Assembly (NCBI GenBank): GCA_030264375.1
Contig: JASCQW010000132.1
Coordinates: 65,460,681 to 65,524,680 of the forward strand
Direction of reading: 5' to 3'
Origin: Carcharhinus longimanus
Taxonomy: Eukaryota
DNA length: 64,000 nt
Below the pieces are notes generated by a model. The model was not told the origin of the DNA and made no database searches. It saw only the letters and a list, made by a program, of their open reading frames with translations. The stretch's first letter is position 1. Each line of letters starts with the position of its first letter. The position numbers and the translations under genes are program-made. Below are positions 24,656 through 38,069 of this stretch, piece by piece.

Positions 24656-26874
24656 ATGAGAATAAAATATTGATTGCATGGTTTGGGCCATTTCACATGA
24701 GCAGGAACATTAAACACACCTGAACTTTCCTTCATATTGGATATAATTGAACGCTGTATTTTTTAAAAAATGTTCTTAAAGTTACAAAGCCAATGCACAG
24801 GATGAACCAAGCAAACCTGAATCCATCTCTTTGCTTGCTCCAAAAACCAAATCCAAATTGAATCCAATTCATGGTCCCCACAAGAGAGATGTACAAGATC
24901 CAAGCAGTCAAGGTAAGGCATTGCACCCCATCTTCAGCTTGAGCTGACGCTTGATCTTAACTAAAAAAACTGAGAAGCGATGAGTCCTATATGTAACCTA
25001 ACAGATTTTTTATTTTAATTTAATGTCATTGCATATTCAAAATTGGCATAGACATGACACCTTAAAGTGGAATTTCTTGTAACATGACAACATTAGGATA
25101 TTTTAAATTATTCTAAAGCAATTTCGCTTGAACAATCATCTACTCCAAATGCCACATGATTCAGATTTGTTGGAGTTGTGTCACTGTCTTTAAGCAAAAT
25201 GGAGTATTATTTAAATACATGCAAATAATTATAATTTTTGAGGTTATATTTGCACTATTGAAGGGAAAAAAATCAGTTCTCAGCATGTTGCCTTGAAGCA
25301 ATAGAATATTAAACTGTTCCATGGTGAAGTCACTGTGGTTTCTGCAAAGAAGTGTCAGAATAAATGGTGTTTCTGACCACAGTACTTGTAAATCAGCTCA
25401 AACACTGTGGTCATTATCATAGCATCGTTACTGTAATTAGTCAGCATTTCTTTCTACACCACCCGGTGAAAGTAATAAGAAGAAATCATTACTGACAAGT
25501 CAGCCTCTCTGGGTTTATTAAAATGCTATGAAAGAGTGGGAGTTTAAAAAGTTAAGGAGGAGATTATTATCTGCTTTCACAAGGATAATGCATGATGTTT
25601 TTTCCAATGAGCCCATTATGAAATTTAGAAGTGATTATCACCTTCCAGCTAGTGACAAAAATAAAATTGTTTCACGAGTGCTTAAAAGGATATTGTTGTT
25701 CCATCAAAGTGACTAGTGATTATGGTACTAGTTGGCATCAATAGTGGAGCATTTCTCATGGAAGCTGACAGCATATTTAGGCTATCTCCTCTATAACAAC
25801 CTCAGGAAGCTTTGAAACATTGCAAAAATTGTGTTTTGAAAAGACTCCTGAAATCTGTCAACACTTGGGTTCGGCACCCCTGTACACCATGTGTCATGAA
25901 ATTATAAAACTAGTTATAAAGCATGTAGCACACAGGAAAGTTCAAACAAGATCATGATGAAAGAACCAATGTATTTTAATCATTTTGATGCCTCCAAATT
26001 TATAGAATCTCTGTTGGATTAATCTGTTTTTTTTTTCAGGAAGCATTAGATCAAGTTCCTTTCTAGCTGAACACAAAACACCCCTGTTTCAAATATGATA
26101 TAGTTCTGATCACACGTCACTATCCTGAACTGGGAGGCCTCAGACTGGCTGAAGATTGGGCCTCAGGCCACATTAATTTTTTTTTATGTAATCTGCCACT
26201 GCCTGTTGTGTCTCCACAGGCTGCTGTCCCATTTTAAATTGATGAGGCTGTTTGCCTCACTGATAACTTTTCTCACTGGTTCTCCCTGAAATAAAGCACT
26301 GCATGCCAATTTTTCCTGATATACTGGTGCAGGAGATTAATTCAGAAGCATAGCTGTAACACTGTAAGAAATATTTATTTTCATCCCTTAAGACTTATCT
26401 TATTTAATGGCTTTAAACTAACTCTGTTTTGGTAAGAGTTAAGGTTTATACGTAAGACAGTCTGATTAAATACTGTAACAATGTTGATATTTTGCAGCAT
26501 TGTATTTGAGCAGTAGTTTTCAGGCTACAACTGAATCTTACAATATCTCATTGTGCCTTGGGTTCACCCCATTTGCCTCTTGCCTCTGATCAATTTCCCA
26601 AAACTTTCCTGAATTTTGTTGAAGTCTTCTACCCCAATGCTCCATTGGGACATCTTTCTTGAAACTTTTCTATAATTCAAAAACTAATGAGCTGCATTAA
26701 ATAAATTATCAGTTTCCAACCAAAACCCCATGAGCTAATGCAAAATTGCCACATACCCAATGTCTCTGCGTGCTCAAGTTTCAAGATTCTGACATACCCC
26801 AGCCCCACCCACCAGCCAACAACATCTATTTTGACCCTTGGGAGCTCGATGATCTAATTTTAGTCAGGGTGAAC

Positions 26875-28117
26875 GAGAGAATAATAGAAGTTATAGGCAG
26901 GTGGTCACACTGGAGCCTCGGGAGAATGACACATGGGTAACAGTCAGGAAGGGCAAAAATCAGAAGGGTGATGTCCCAGAGCGGACCCCAGTGGCAGTCT
27001 CTCAAATTATCAAGGGATGGGCAACAGATGGGAGAGGGAAGGGGAGTGATCAGTCAGTGGAGGAATCCCCTGTGAGTATCCCCCTCCAAAATAGGTATAT
27101 TGTTTTGGATTCTGTGGAGGGAGATGACCTTCCAGGAGTAAGTCATGAGGACCAGATCGCCTCCGTGGCCTAGAAGGGAAAGAAGGGGACGAGGAGAGAA
27201 ATAGTGGTGGGGGATGTGATAGTTTGAGGTACAGACAGGCGGTTCTGTGGACTCAAGCGAGTCTCCAGGATGGTAGTCTGCCTTCCAGGTGCCAGGGTCC
27301 TGGATGTCTCGGAGAGGGTAGGAAGTATATTAAAGGACGAAGGGAATCAAACAGATGCGATCATACATATAGGTGAGAAAGACGTAGGTAGGAAGAGCAG
27401 GGGGGTAATACGTGAGCAATTCAGGGAGATGGGTGCTAGACTAAAGAGTAGGGCCTCTAGGGTATCAATCTCTGGACTGCTCCCAGTGCCCAGTGCTAGT
27501 GGGGCTAGGAACAGCGAGATCCTTCAATTGAACACATGGCTAAAAGATTGGTGCAAGAAGGAGGGTTTCATATTTTTTGATCATTGGGAAGTTTTCATGA
27601 GAGAAAGGCACCTGTATAGGAAGGATGGGGTACACTTAAATGGGAAGGGTACAAATATCTTAGCTGGGAATTTAGCTGGAGTGTTTCGGCAGGGTTTAAA
27701 CTAATGTGGAGGTGGGGTGGGGATGAAACCAATAGCTCAGTAGGCACTGAGGTTGGGGACGAGTTGGTTGCTGGGGAAAGGTTAGATGAGAAGAGGATCG
27801 TTCTGGAGAAGAAGGACCCAAGTGGGCCTGGAGGTCTGGAGTGCGTCTGCTTCAATGCAAGGGGCATAACGGGTAAGACAGACGGACTTAAGGCCTTAAT
27901 GCTTACACGGAATTTGGATGTGGTTGCGGTGACAGTGTTTTGGTTAAAAGAAGGACAGGACTGGCAGCTGAATATTCCGGGGTATAAGTGTTTTAGGCGT
28001 GACAGAGGAGGGTCTAAAAGAGGTGGGGGAGTAGCAATATTAGTTAGGGAGCATATTACAGCGGTGCAAAGGGTGGACAATTTAGAGGAGTCATGCTATG
28101 AGTCGCTGTGGGTGCGC
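26875..28117 (+). mobile_element. CR1 LINE 5' portion: ORF1 SGNH esterase-like domain and start of ORF2 APE endonuclease
   Basis: ORF1 reads IPLQNRY...VVCLPGARVLDV...IIHIGEKD...LYRKDGVHLNGKG...GLN* with internal stops. ORF2 reads CFNARGI...DVVAVT..WL...IPGYKCFRRDRGGSKRGGGVAILVR. Confidence 0.9.
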
Positions 28118-28232
28118 TTTTTGAAGAAAGCACAGTTTTGCTTGGGCGAGAGAGCTATAGATATTTATTTTGAAGAAAGGTTTAGAACTGAAGTGATTTA
28201 ACACCTTCTGTATGATTTGAGATTTTAAAATG

Positions 28233-28462
28233 TATTTATTAGTGTCACAAGTAGGCTTATATTAGTCACCACACTCTGGCGTCTGTTCAGGCTAATTTAG
28301 CAAGGCCAATGCACCTGTTTGGACTGTGGGACGAAACTGGAGCACTTGGAGGAAACCCACGCGATCGCTGAGAGAATGTGCAAAGTCTGCACAGACAGTG
28401 ACTCAAGCCGGGAATCGAATCCGGCTCCCTGGCGCTGTGAGGCAGCAGTGCTAACCACACCA
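28233..28462 (-). mobile_element. V-SINE (HE1-like head and core) with a different 3' tail
   Basis: Head gtggttagcactgctgcctcacagcgccagggagccggattcgattccc. Tail aagcctacttgtgacactaataaa, also seen on + at ~19677-19710. Confidence 0.8.
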
Positions 28463-28493
28463 TTCTGTAAAATGACTGCTATGTGGCAAATTG

Positions 28494-28940
28494 AAAGAGG
28501 TGCAAGTGAAACATTGGCTGAACTTGGAATAAGTGTTTTGGACCTTGGATGGTGAGCATAGAGGAGGTAAAAGGACAGGTATTACACCTTCTGTGATTGC
28601 ATGGGTAAGTGCCATGACTGATGGGAGAGGTGTTGGGTACAGTGGAGGAGTGGACTAGGTTATCCCAGAGGGAACAGTCCCTGCAGAATACTGACAGAGA
28701 GAGTGAAGGAAAGATGTGTTTGGTGGTGGTATCACACTGGAGTTGGTGAAAATGACAGAGGATTGTGCTTTGTATGTNNNNNNNNNNNNNNNNNNNNNNN
28801 NNNNNNNNNNNNNNNNNNNNNNNNNNNNNNNNNNNNNNNNNNNNNNNNNNNNNNNNNNNNNNNNNNNNNNNNNNNNNATAAGCTATTCTTTCACCTGCAG
28901 GCATGGAAACCCAGACTGTTAACATGACCTTTTTCTCCAC
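28494..28940. repeat. First copy of a ~440 bp direct duplication (second copy 29787-30218)
   Basis: Near-identical sequence, including the PLE fragment and its flank agctattcttttcacctgcagg...ttctccac. Confidence 0.9.
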
Positions 28941-29009
28941 TTCAGTATAAAACTAAAACAATGGAAGACATGGTACAATAGGGAACAATAAATTTGCTAT
29001 ATGGAAACA

Positions 29010-30125
29010 AATTACGGTGGATGCTGGAATCTGAAACCAAAAGAAAAAGTGATGAAAACTCTCAGCAGATCTGGTAGCATCTATAAGGAGAGAAAAGAGC
29101 GGATGTTTCAAGTCCAGATGATCCTTTGTCAAAGCTAAAAGGCATAGAAAGTGGGAGATATTTATACTGCAGGGGAAGGGAATGAAAGATAAATCATATC
29201 CACAGAAACCAGGGCAAAAGACTACTCATAGCTGTCCACAAGGGGAATAAAGGGTGTGAATGGCCAAACAGCAAAGAAGCTATAAGCTGTGACAGATGAT
29301 GGGGAAGAGGGGAAAAGATGGAACAGAGGTAGAATGTAGAAAAGGGGAAGCGGGGGAGAAAAGGTAAAGGAAGGGAGAAGGAGTGGGAGAGCAGAAGAAA
29401 AATGAAGAAAGCCAATAAAGAAATAAAAGAGAACAGTAAAAAATTTAATAAAATGGAATGAAAACAAAGGGGGCCGAGGTGGAGTAGAGCAAATCAATTT
29501 GTTGAATTTGATGTTCAGACTGGAAGGCTGTAATGTGCCTAGCCAGAAGATGAGATGCTGTTCCTCCAGTTTGCCTTGAGCTTCACTGAAATATTGTAGC
29601 AAGCCAAGGACAGACATATGGGCATGGGAGCAGGATTGTGTGTTAAAATGGCAACTAATCGGAAGTTCAGGGTCCTGATTGCACACAGACCGAAGGTGCT
29701 CAACAAAGTGATCATCCAGTCTACACTTAGTCTCTCTGACATAGAGGAAACCACATTGGGAGCAGCGAATGTAATGTACCAGATTTAAAGAGGTGCAAGT
29801 GAAACATTGGCTGAACTTGGAATAAGTGTTTTGGACCTTGGATGATGAGCATAGAGGACAGGTATGACACCTTCTGTGATTGCATGGGTAAGTGCCATGA
29901 GTGACGGGAGAGGTGTTGGGTACAGTGGAGGAGTGGACTAGGTTATCCCAGAGGGAATAGCCCCTGCAGAATACTGACAGAGGGAGTGAAGGAAAGATGT
30001 GTTTGGTGGTGGTATCACACTGGAGTTGGTGAAAATGACAGAGGATTGTGCTTTGTATGTGAGGCTGATGGGGTGAAATGTGAAAACAAGGGGAACCCTA
30101 TCCTTGTTCTGGAAGGGAGGGGGTA
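29010..30125 (-). mobile_element. Penelope-like element 3' remnant
   Basis: DRVPLVFTFHP and CHFNTQSCSHAHMSVLGLLQ..SEAQGKLEEQHLIFWLGTLQP. Degenerate hammerhead terminus at ~29097-29137. Confidence 0.85.
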
Positions 30126-33100
30126 ATTTAATAGGGTGAAATATGCAGCAGTTCAACAAGCTATTCTTTCACCTGCAGGTATGGAAACCCAGACTGTTAA
30201 CATGACCTTTTTCTCCACAAGAATTTTATTTGAAATGAATTCAAGCTGCCCAAAATTAATTCTAAAATCCATTGCAAAAACCTGCTCCCAACTCAGTATA
30301 AAAAATCTATTAAATAAGTAGATTTGCATGTTCAAGGCCCAGGGACATTGAGATAAGACAGAACAGTAACTGTACCAAGCTCTGGGACACACATTAGAAC
30401 TAGGACAGTAAAGGGCAGGAGGCAATCAAGGCCTTGGGGACATTGCTAATGACAGGACAAAACAATGGATGTACCAGGCCCTGGGGCACAAACCTGTCAG
30501 AACAATCTTTAGCTGTGTCCCTTACTCAACCTTCCCCAAAACTTTTAATAATTTAACTCCAGCAGCTTTCACCTGCCCACTGTCTATTTGCTTCCTTTGC
30601 CATTGACTTTCCACACACATCTCCAATCCAAACAGCCTTGTGGAATTGAAAGATATCAGCTGTCAGCAAATGCTTGTGATTTTGAAATGAAAAGCAATAG
30701 CAGCTCATTACCAACAAATCTCTGGGCACCAGAAAGTATTCTTTCTGCAAGTCAGGCAAAAGTGGAAAAGCCATCTTAATAAATGTCATATGAGCCTCAT
30801 AAATGGGAGTAGGAAGGAGAGTGAATAAGCTGATCATCCACTCAGTAATTGAAATGTTAGTAACTATCAATGTGTTACACTAGGAATCACTAAACCAATG
30901 TGTACAATTGTAAGAGTTAAGTACTCTTCCTTCTGCACAGAACCTAACTTTCAAATTATTGTTTTCCTCGTGGGCCTTGTCTAACTTATAGGTCTCTGCA
31001 ATGCCCTACCATCCTCTCTGAAATGGCTAATAGTCCATTAGTCTCAATAAGAATGATTTGCAGACAGCAGGCGGCTCTGGAGAATTTGTTTCCCTTGATG
31101 TTTAGGGGATCTAGAGTCTTCTGAAAATGGGCTGGCTCAGACCTATGTTAATTCTATGTATAGCAGATAAATTAATCAAATAATTATACTGAAGTCAATA
31201 ATATTGAAACTTTATTTCCACTATTAAGATAGGCCATGTCTTAATTATGTGTTGGATGTAACAAGGTATGTTGCCCTCCTGCAGATGACATCCCCACAGA
31301 TATTTAATAACTGAGGCCATTAATTGGCTTGAAGCGGGACATTTGTCCCTCAGTAACAGAAAGCCCTGCTTCAGAGAGCTGCTGGTCAATCAGAAGTCAG
31401 CACCTCTCAGCATATGCAGCACCACCTGAAATGGTTATCACTGCCAGAACTACAGCAGTCTGAAAGGGGAGTTGAGCTGTGATGGAGCAGACAGGACCGG
31501 AGACGCCTGGGGTCTCACCAGAACCAAGTAATAGGCTCCAGCAAGGGAAGGGGGATGCGGGTGGAGGGGAGGCAGGGTAGATAGGCCAGGGGAGGGAAAC
31601 CTGGAGGAGAGTGGTTTCTGATCATATGTGCTCCTGATTGTGCAGGACTGGCTAACACATATGATACTGCAAAGCTGCCTATGATCAGGTGTACACTTAC
31701 ATAAACATATATTCCAATGATTATACCAGCATATTATCTTGACATGCTAATCAATACAATATCACAACATGTCTATACCTCAAGGTTTTGTCTACATTCG
31801 GAATTATGTAGTCCATTGGCTGACTCAACCCCAGACTCTGTGACAATCACGTGAGCGTGTGCCTTTGAGCTGTCTGTTCTCATCCTGAAGATTGGATGTG
31901 TGTGGACTAACTATCCTCAGTCCTTGCTGCGGACTGGAAACCTAAAGAATCAAGGTGGGTTTTCTAACCAGCCTGCCTTGGCTCTTGTATGCTTCTGTAG
32001 TTGCCTCTAAACTGTCTCTGGAAGTGTGAGGCCCAACTACGTTCTGCTTTAACCTCCCCAACTTAAAATATGGCAAGCAAGGATTCTTTTTTAAAGAAAA
32101 CAGGTCTGCCAAATTAGAAGATTTCTGGCCTCAACATCCCCACCTTTTCCCATTCGTGCATGGGACTCATTTATCCTGATTAAATCACAGTAATGGCCTA
32201 ATTATGCCATTGGAGAGGCATTCATTTGTCACTCAAAGTCACAATCGGACCACAACTGGGCAGGTTGCCTGATGCAACATGCCCTCCCGCCCCCCACCCA
32301 CCCCCTGCTGTTGGTAAAATTGTGGTAGGGTTGGGGACAGGTTTTTAGACATTGGGCATGGCACCCATCAGATTTTATGTCTCCCTGCCTTCAGACTGGC
32401 CAAAGGGGAAGTGATAAATCTGGTCCTGTGTGTCAGGTGTTAAGTCTTCCCACACATCCAGGTGGAAATCAAATTTATCCCTAGTGCCTCATTAATCATT
32501 CATCATCATTTTCAATATTCCTCACATGACACAATTGTTCTTATATTGTGTTTAATATGACAGTTGTGTCTGGTTAATAAAAAAAATAGGTATGGTATTC
32601 CAAGACCCACACATTGGAAGCTGGTGACTTGAGCACCCTAATAAGCAGAATGTGAACACAGCTACAATCATCCCCTTTCCTTAGACATGTCATCCATTCT
32701 CCAAGTAGTTAAGCTTTCAATGCAGAATCACAGCAAGCAAAATAAATTGATCTATTAATAAAACATGACTCCATTTCAAAATCTGATGTTTTCAAAACAA
32801 CACTGAATAATTCACTTTTTTCCAGAGCTCCCTATTCGAATGCTTGGCCCTAAGAGAAAAGGAGAGACACTGAGAGTTGTTGCATATTTGAGTGCAAATG
32901 TTTGTTTTCTTCATCAGTAATAAAACTCTGGAAGAGGGCAAGGGCAGAGAGAAAGTTACCAATTAACCAACAAAAAGATTCATGGGTTTAAATATTAGTG
33001 CTTTTGTCAGGAAGCTCTCAAAATACTGGGGAATATGCAAACTAGAGAAGTGGGGAGGGCAGGGCTCCTAAAATCCTAGAATGATTATGCACAGGATAAA

Positions 33101-33369
33101 GTCATTTAGCCCATCATGCCTGTGCCAATCCTTTCAGTTTGTCCTACTCCCTTGCCACACCATATAGACAACACCCTGCCCTCTATGAAAGATGATACAC
33201 GTGCAGCGGCGTATGGGGTAGCTTCATATGATCAAATTACTGATGGCTGAAGAAAATAACCTGTGAGATGCAGGTGCTGCTACAAATTTCACATATGGAG
33301 TGGTTATCAGATTTCATTAGAGTTTTGTGTTTTCAGTGTTGGCACCTATTTCCCAGTCATTGTAGCCAC

Positions 33370-33740
33370 TAGTTATAATGGTGGCACATTCTAGCCTGAA
33401 TTTGGTGTTGCCATTTTCCTCTCCCAAGTCTGAAAATTAACATTTGAGGACTTCATATTACGCTTCCAAACATCCTTGAAATGAAGCTGTGGATGTTTTA
33501 CTGATCTTCCAGTTCCAGATACCTCAGCAGACAGAAAATCCTTGCATATACGTCTGTCTTCCATCTTTCAAGCATGCCTGAGCCAGTGAAGTTGCCTCTG
33601 TTTGATGAGTGCCAATATACATGAGAAATTTGTCTTTGGGCAGACTGCCACATTTGAGATGTTCTCCTTTCATGAGATGCCCAGAATATGGTACAAACAG
33701 CTAAGATGAAAGTTACTGAGCCTCCTTTCTTGATGGCTGT
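33370..33740 (-). mobile_element. RTE-clade LINE 3' remnant
   Basis: Minus strand resembles ILGISW.....N..V...RQLHWL.HA.KMEDRRI.KD.L. Confidence 0.6.
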
Positions 33741-35606
33741 GGACCTTTACAGGAAGCCCTGCAATTTTGCCTCCTTCAATATTCAGCCAATTCCTTTTTA
33801 AAATATATTATTGAATTGACTTCCATCACCCTTACAGGCTTCCTTTTGTGCAGTCCATTGGTTGGATGGGATGAAATTACAGATTGATTTTTGCTATTCC
33901 GATTATGGAAATTTATATATAAAGAAAAGTTCTATGTTATATGACATAAACATAAATAACTAAATGGACAGTTGGTTTAAAAATAGGTGTTTTTTATATT
34001 GGAGTCTTATAAGCTGTCCATTGGGAAAAAACAATTGTTTGGTTTAATGGAGCAGTATTAAATGGTGCTATTTGTTAAAGAAAATAGCTCACTTAAAAAT
34101 GCAGACTATTCTACTGAGTTTAAAAGTGTTCTTTACAGCGCCAATAAAACGGAGCTGCATTCACCAACACAGGTTTACAAGTTCATCAGTTGCTTGTAAT
34201 ACAAATTAAAGAGGATGAATTTTAATTCCTGGGTGGAACTTTGGTCTATCGAGCTGCCAACTCATCCAGGAGTAGCAGTGGGGAGCCATAGACAATATTA
34301 ACCAAATAGCCTGGATTTCAGCCGGGAGCAGTTTCCTACCTGATAAAATTGTGAGGCATTATTGAGACCTGACAAAGGATTCCAGCATTATGCTGTTGTC
34401 AGAAGAAAAGTCTAAGAGAGTTTGTTGTCAGGGGAGGGAAAAAAGGAAACTCAAGGTTTTCTTCTAGCTCACAAGAAAGTCTAAAGTATGTTGTTTTTTT
34501 GTAAGATAACTTCTCTGGCTCCACTCATCTTCCAGTCAGCTTTGGGAATCTATCAATGCTTATTGCTCAGCCTCATGATTAAAATTGCAGTCGGGCCCCA
34601 GTATCTTCATTCGAGTCCAGTTAACTTATTTGCCAGTTCCACCTTCAGAGAAAGAGCATTATATCAATCAATTCATCATCTCTATTCTACTATACATTAA
34701 TTTATTAAATATGGTGAAGAATTGTCCACTTCACAGCAATCCCACTAAACATTGTGATGTATTATTCCAGTCACACATCAATTGCACTGCTTGATTGCAC
34801 TGACTCGTCAGAGATTTACATTCAAATCTTGCGCAAGTGGGTTTGTGTGAAAATTACTTATCTTCTCCTCAGCAAATTCAGTACAGTGTCCAAAGCATTT
34901 GAAGTTCAATTTACCAGTGACACCCTGGAAATATCTGATCTGTTGTGATGTGGTCTCTTGATTCTAGTTTGGTCTGTTGTGTCCCACTGTGGTCTGTTTT
35001 GTTCAGTCTGTTCTACTAAATTTCGTTGGTTATATCTTTTTTTTCCCTTTGTTTTGTTTGGCTCTGTTCTGTTGAGTTGTTTTTAGTTCCCTTCAGTTTT
35101 TTTTTCTGCTCTATTTTCTGGATTTACAGATGCCATTGAGGATAGTGGAGAAGGTATTACATTTCATTTTTTTGCTTTAAACCATATTTCTAGTTTTATA
35201 TTTGTCTTTATGGGTGAAATAGCTCTTAGGGTTTTCAAGCAAACCATTTATCTAAGTAAGATGGGAAGCTGTGGGTAACCCACTATCCTGTGTTTTATAT
35301 TATTTTTATTACTTGTTAAAATTTGTGTGAAGTGACAAAAGCTGAAACTGATTCCTCTGCTTGCAGCTCAGCAACCATCCATGTTGGTAAGAAGCAAATT
35401 AGAAGGTTAAGAGAAACCTAGACTTAGGTATCAAATGTTTACTCAATAAAGTTGTGCTGGAGTGGGATTGCCTGCTCCGTTCTTTCAGTTCTTTCTAGAA
35501 TACACCATGAAGCTTAGCTGAAAACAGAAAAATCCATTAATCGGTTAGAACACCTGAGCTCCAGAGAAACTTGCTTGATTGACAGCTTTGCCTCTCTGAT
35601 ATTGCG

Positions 35607-36340
35607 TTGAGGGCATTAGGGAGAGTTACAGAACAAAAAGATCTAGGGATACAGGTTCATAGCTCTTTGAAAGAGGAGTCACAGGTGGATAGCATGGTGA
35701 AGAAGACATTCGGCATGCTTGGTTTCAACGTTGTTCAGAACATTGAATCCAGGAGTTGGGACATTTTGTTGAAGTTGTACAAGACATTGGTAAGGCCACA
35801 CTTGGAATACTGTGTGCAGTTCTAGTCACTATTATAGAAAGGATATTACTAAACTAAAAAGAATGCAGAAAAGATTTACTAGGATGCTACCGAGACTTGA
35901 TGGGTTGGGTTATAAGAAGAGGCTGGATAGACTGGGATTTTTTTCTGTGGAGCATAGGAGGCTGAGGGGTGNNNNNNNATCTTATAAAATAATGAGGGGC
36001 GCAGATCAGCTAAATTTGTCAATACCTTTCCCCAAAAGTAGCGGAGTCTAAAACTAGAGGGTATAGGTTTAAGGTGAGAGGGGAGAGATACAAAAATGTT
36101 CAGATGGGCAATTTTTTCACACAGGATGGTGAGTGTCTGGAATAAGCTGCCAGAGGTAGTAATAGAGGCGAGTACAATTTTGTCTTTTAAAAAGCATTTA
36201 GATAGTTACATGGATAAAATGGGTATAGATGGATATGAGCCAAATGCGAGCAATTGGGATTTGCTTAGGGGTTCAAAAAAAAGGGTGACAAGTTGGGCCA
36301 AAGGGCCTGTTTCCATGCTGTAAGTCTCATGACTCTATAT
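35607..36340 (+). mobile_element. CR1 LINE 3' end
   Basis: EQKDLGIQVHSSLK...LYKTLVRPHLEYCVQF; QKRFTRMLP; VSVWNKLPEVV; tail ending ctcatgactctat. Confidence 0.92.
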
Positions 36341-37589
36341 CTACTGTCAATTGTACAGTGTTTTCTTACACATGGTCAAAAGGTTTCAAGTGCATGTAGT
36401 TTCAGCTATTGAAACTTTAAAGAGTCTGGATCACTGACACTTTCATTAACCTGTAGCAAAATGACCGTTTTTTAACATAGTGGACATTTATGAATGAATG
36501 ACTTTTTTACAAGATGACTTTGCATAGCCTATTCTCACTATAGGGTTCATTGGTTCTATACAGTGGATAGTGGGTCAATAGACATGTAAGTGTCACAGCG
36601 GGCATGAAGGCCCATGGGGGTGTGGGTGGAAGGGCATGAGGTGGCATGGATGGAACATGGGGAGTGAGACTGGGGCGCTTTTTAATTTTTATTTTAACTG
36701 GAACTAACCTTTTAGATGGCTCACCTCTGCCCCCACTAGCTGCCCTGGCCACATCCAATGCTTTTCCCAGGTTAGCTGGCCTGTCTCCAACCTACACCCA
36801 TCCTGCCACAATGAAAATCCCATTCTTGCAGACACGTCCTCCTAAGGCGAGTGAGACAAGCCAGGAATTTTCTTGATTCCTTCTAGCTGCCTCAAGGATA
36901 ACAATCCAGGCCATAATTGAGAAATGTCTCGGATCCTTTAGATCCTGGAACAGTGAAAATAACTTTGCTACCATACAACAATGGCAAGCTTAAACTCCAG
37001 CAGATATTCTGGAAAAGAAGTCTTTTTTTTAATTCTTAACTTCACACGTTTTAAAAAAAATGTTTAAGCTAAAAATGGAAGTATGACTTAAAATTGCAAT
37101 TTATTGGTGACAGATGATTAGCATTATGATAATATCATAATCTTGCAATCATGCCATAGCACATACTTCTACTTACGTAAGGCAGTGTTTTTCCTTCAGG
37201 ATCAACCCTTTTAGATGTGACTGGCAATGGAGGAAAATAAGAAAAAGTATCTAATTTAGCCAAGAAATGGACATTTATGCGTTGTTGGCAGAGTCCAGTA
37301 GGATGCACACATTACCATACCAATTACTCTTCTGGTAACTGTGAGAATTATGTCTATTACAATGAAAGATAACTGCCATTTCATATCGTACACCTATTGT
37401 TTCCAAACTCTTTACCAATTTTTACCAACTCAATAGAGCCATTCATCTATCCATCTTGTGATCAGTGATCTTTCTCTGAATAATTTTACATGCAATCCCA
37501 ACAGCAGTTCTATCACTGGCCATCATTGTTAAGTTGGAATATTTAAATTTTATATGATTTGGTTTTATCTCCATTCTTTGTTCTTGCAG

Positions 37590-37700
37590 CCGGATCCTGC
37601 TGGGAGAGATTTTGCAATCCAACCATTGCTGGAGCACTGTGAAAATTCCCACATGAGTATTTGGCTGGGCATTGTATATGCATATAAAGGGCTTCTTATG
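37590..37700 (+). CDS. GABBR2: GABA-B receptor subunit 2 coding exon (ECL2-TM5; ~human exon 14)
   Basis: Acceptor ttcttgcag, donor gtatga, 111 nt, phase 0/0. Translates [37 protein letters not shown], close to the recalled mammalian [37 protein letters not shown]. Confidence 0.97.
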
Positions 37701-37946
37701 GTATGAGTGTGCTGTTTTTATTTTAGAGAGAAGTTTTTGATGAATCACACGTATTTTTCAAATTGTACAACTTTGCATTTTCTTTCATATTCTCACTATG
37801 TTTGATCATGTGCTCAATTTGTTTCCGAGCATCCAAGCCATGTCCTTAATTCTAATCCCTTTTCAGGATGTTTAGCCAGGTTCAACCCACCAGTTTACAG
37901 GTTCTGTATTCTAGCTCAATCCAGTGCACTGGCAGCTCTGACCTCA

Positions 37947-38069
37947 GTACAAAGTCTGACAACACCAGGTTTAAGTACAACAGGTTTATTTGATAGATAT
38001 GATTTATTTGCTAGATATGGTCAGACTTCGTGCTGTGTTTACCCCAGTCCAATGCTGGCATCTCCACAT
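37947..38069. mobile_element. Fold-back Penelope-terminus insertion with 14 bp TSD
   Basis: CAGCTCTGACCTCA at 37933-37946 and 38070-38083. The insert consists of two oppositely oriented pieces of the 21147 terminus. Confidence 0.8.

Noticed and set aside
1-37589. Upstream GABBR2 exon (IIKDQKLL...) or a nested host gene
   Set aside because: No matching translation or spliceable conserved ORF was recognised. The short ORFs here are repeat-derived or look random. A small exon could have been missed by eye.
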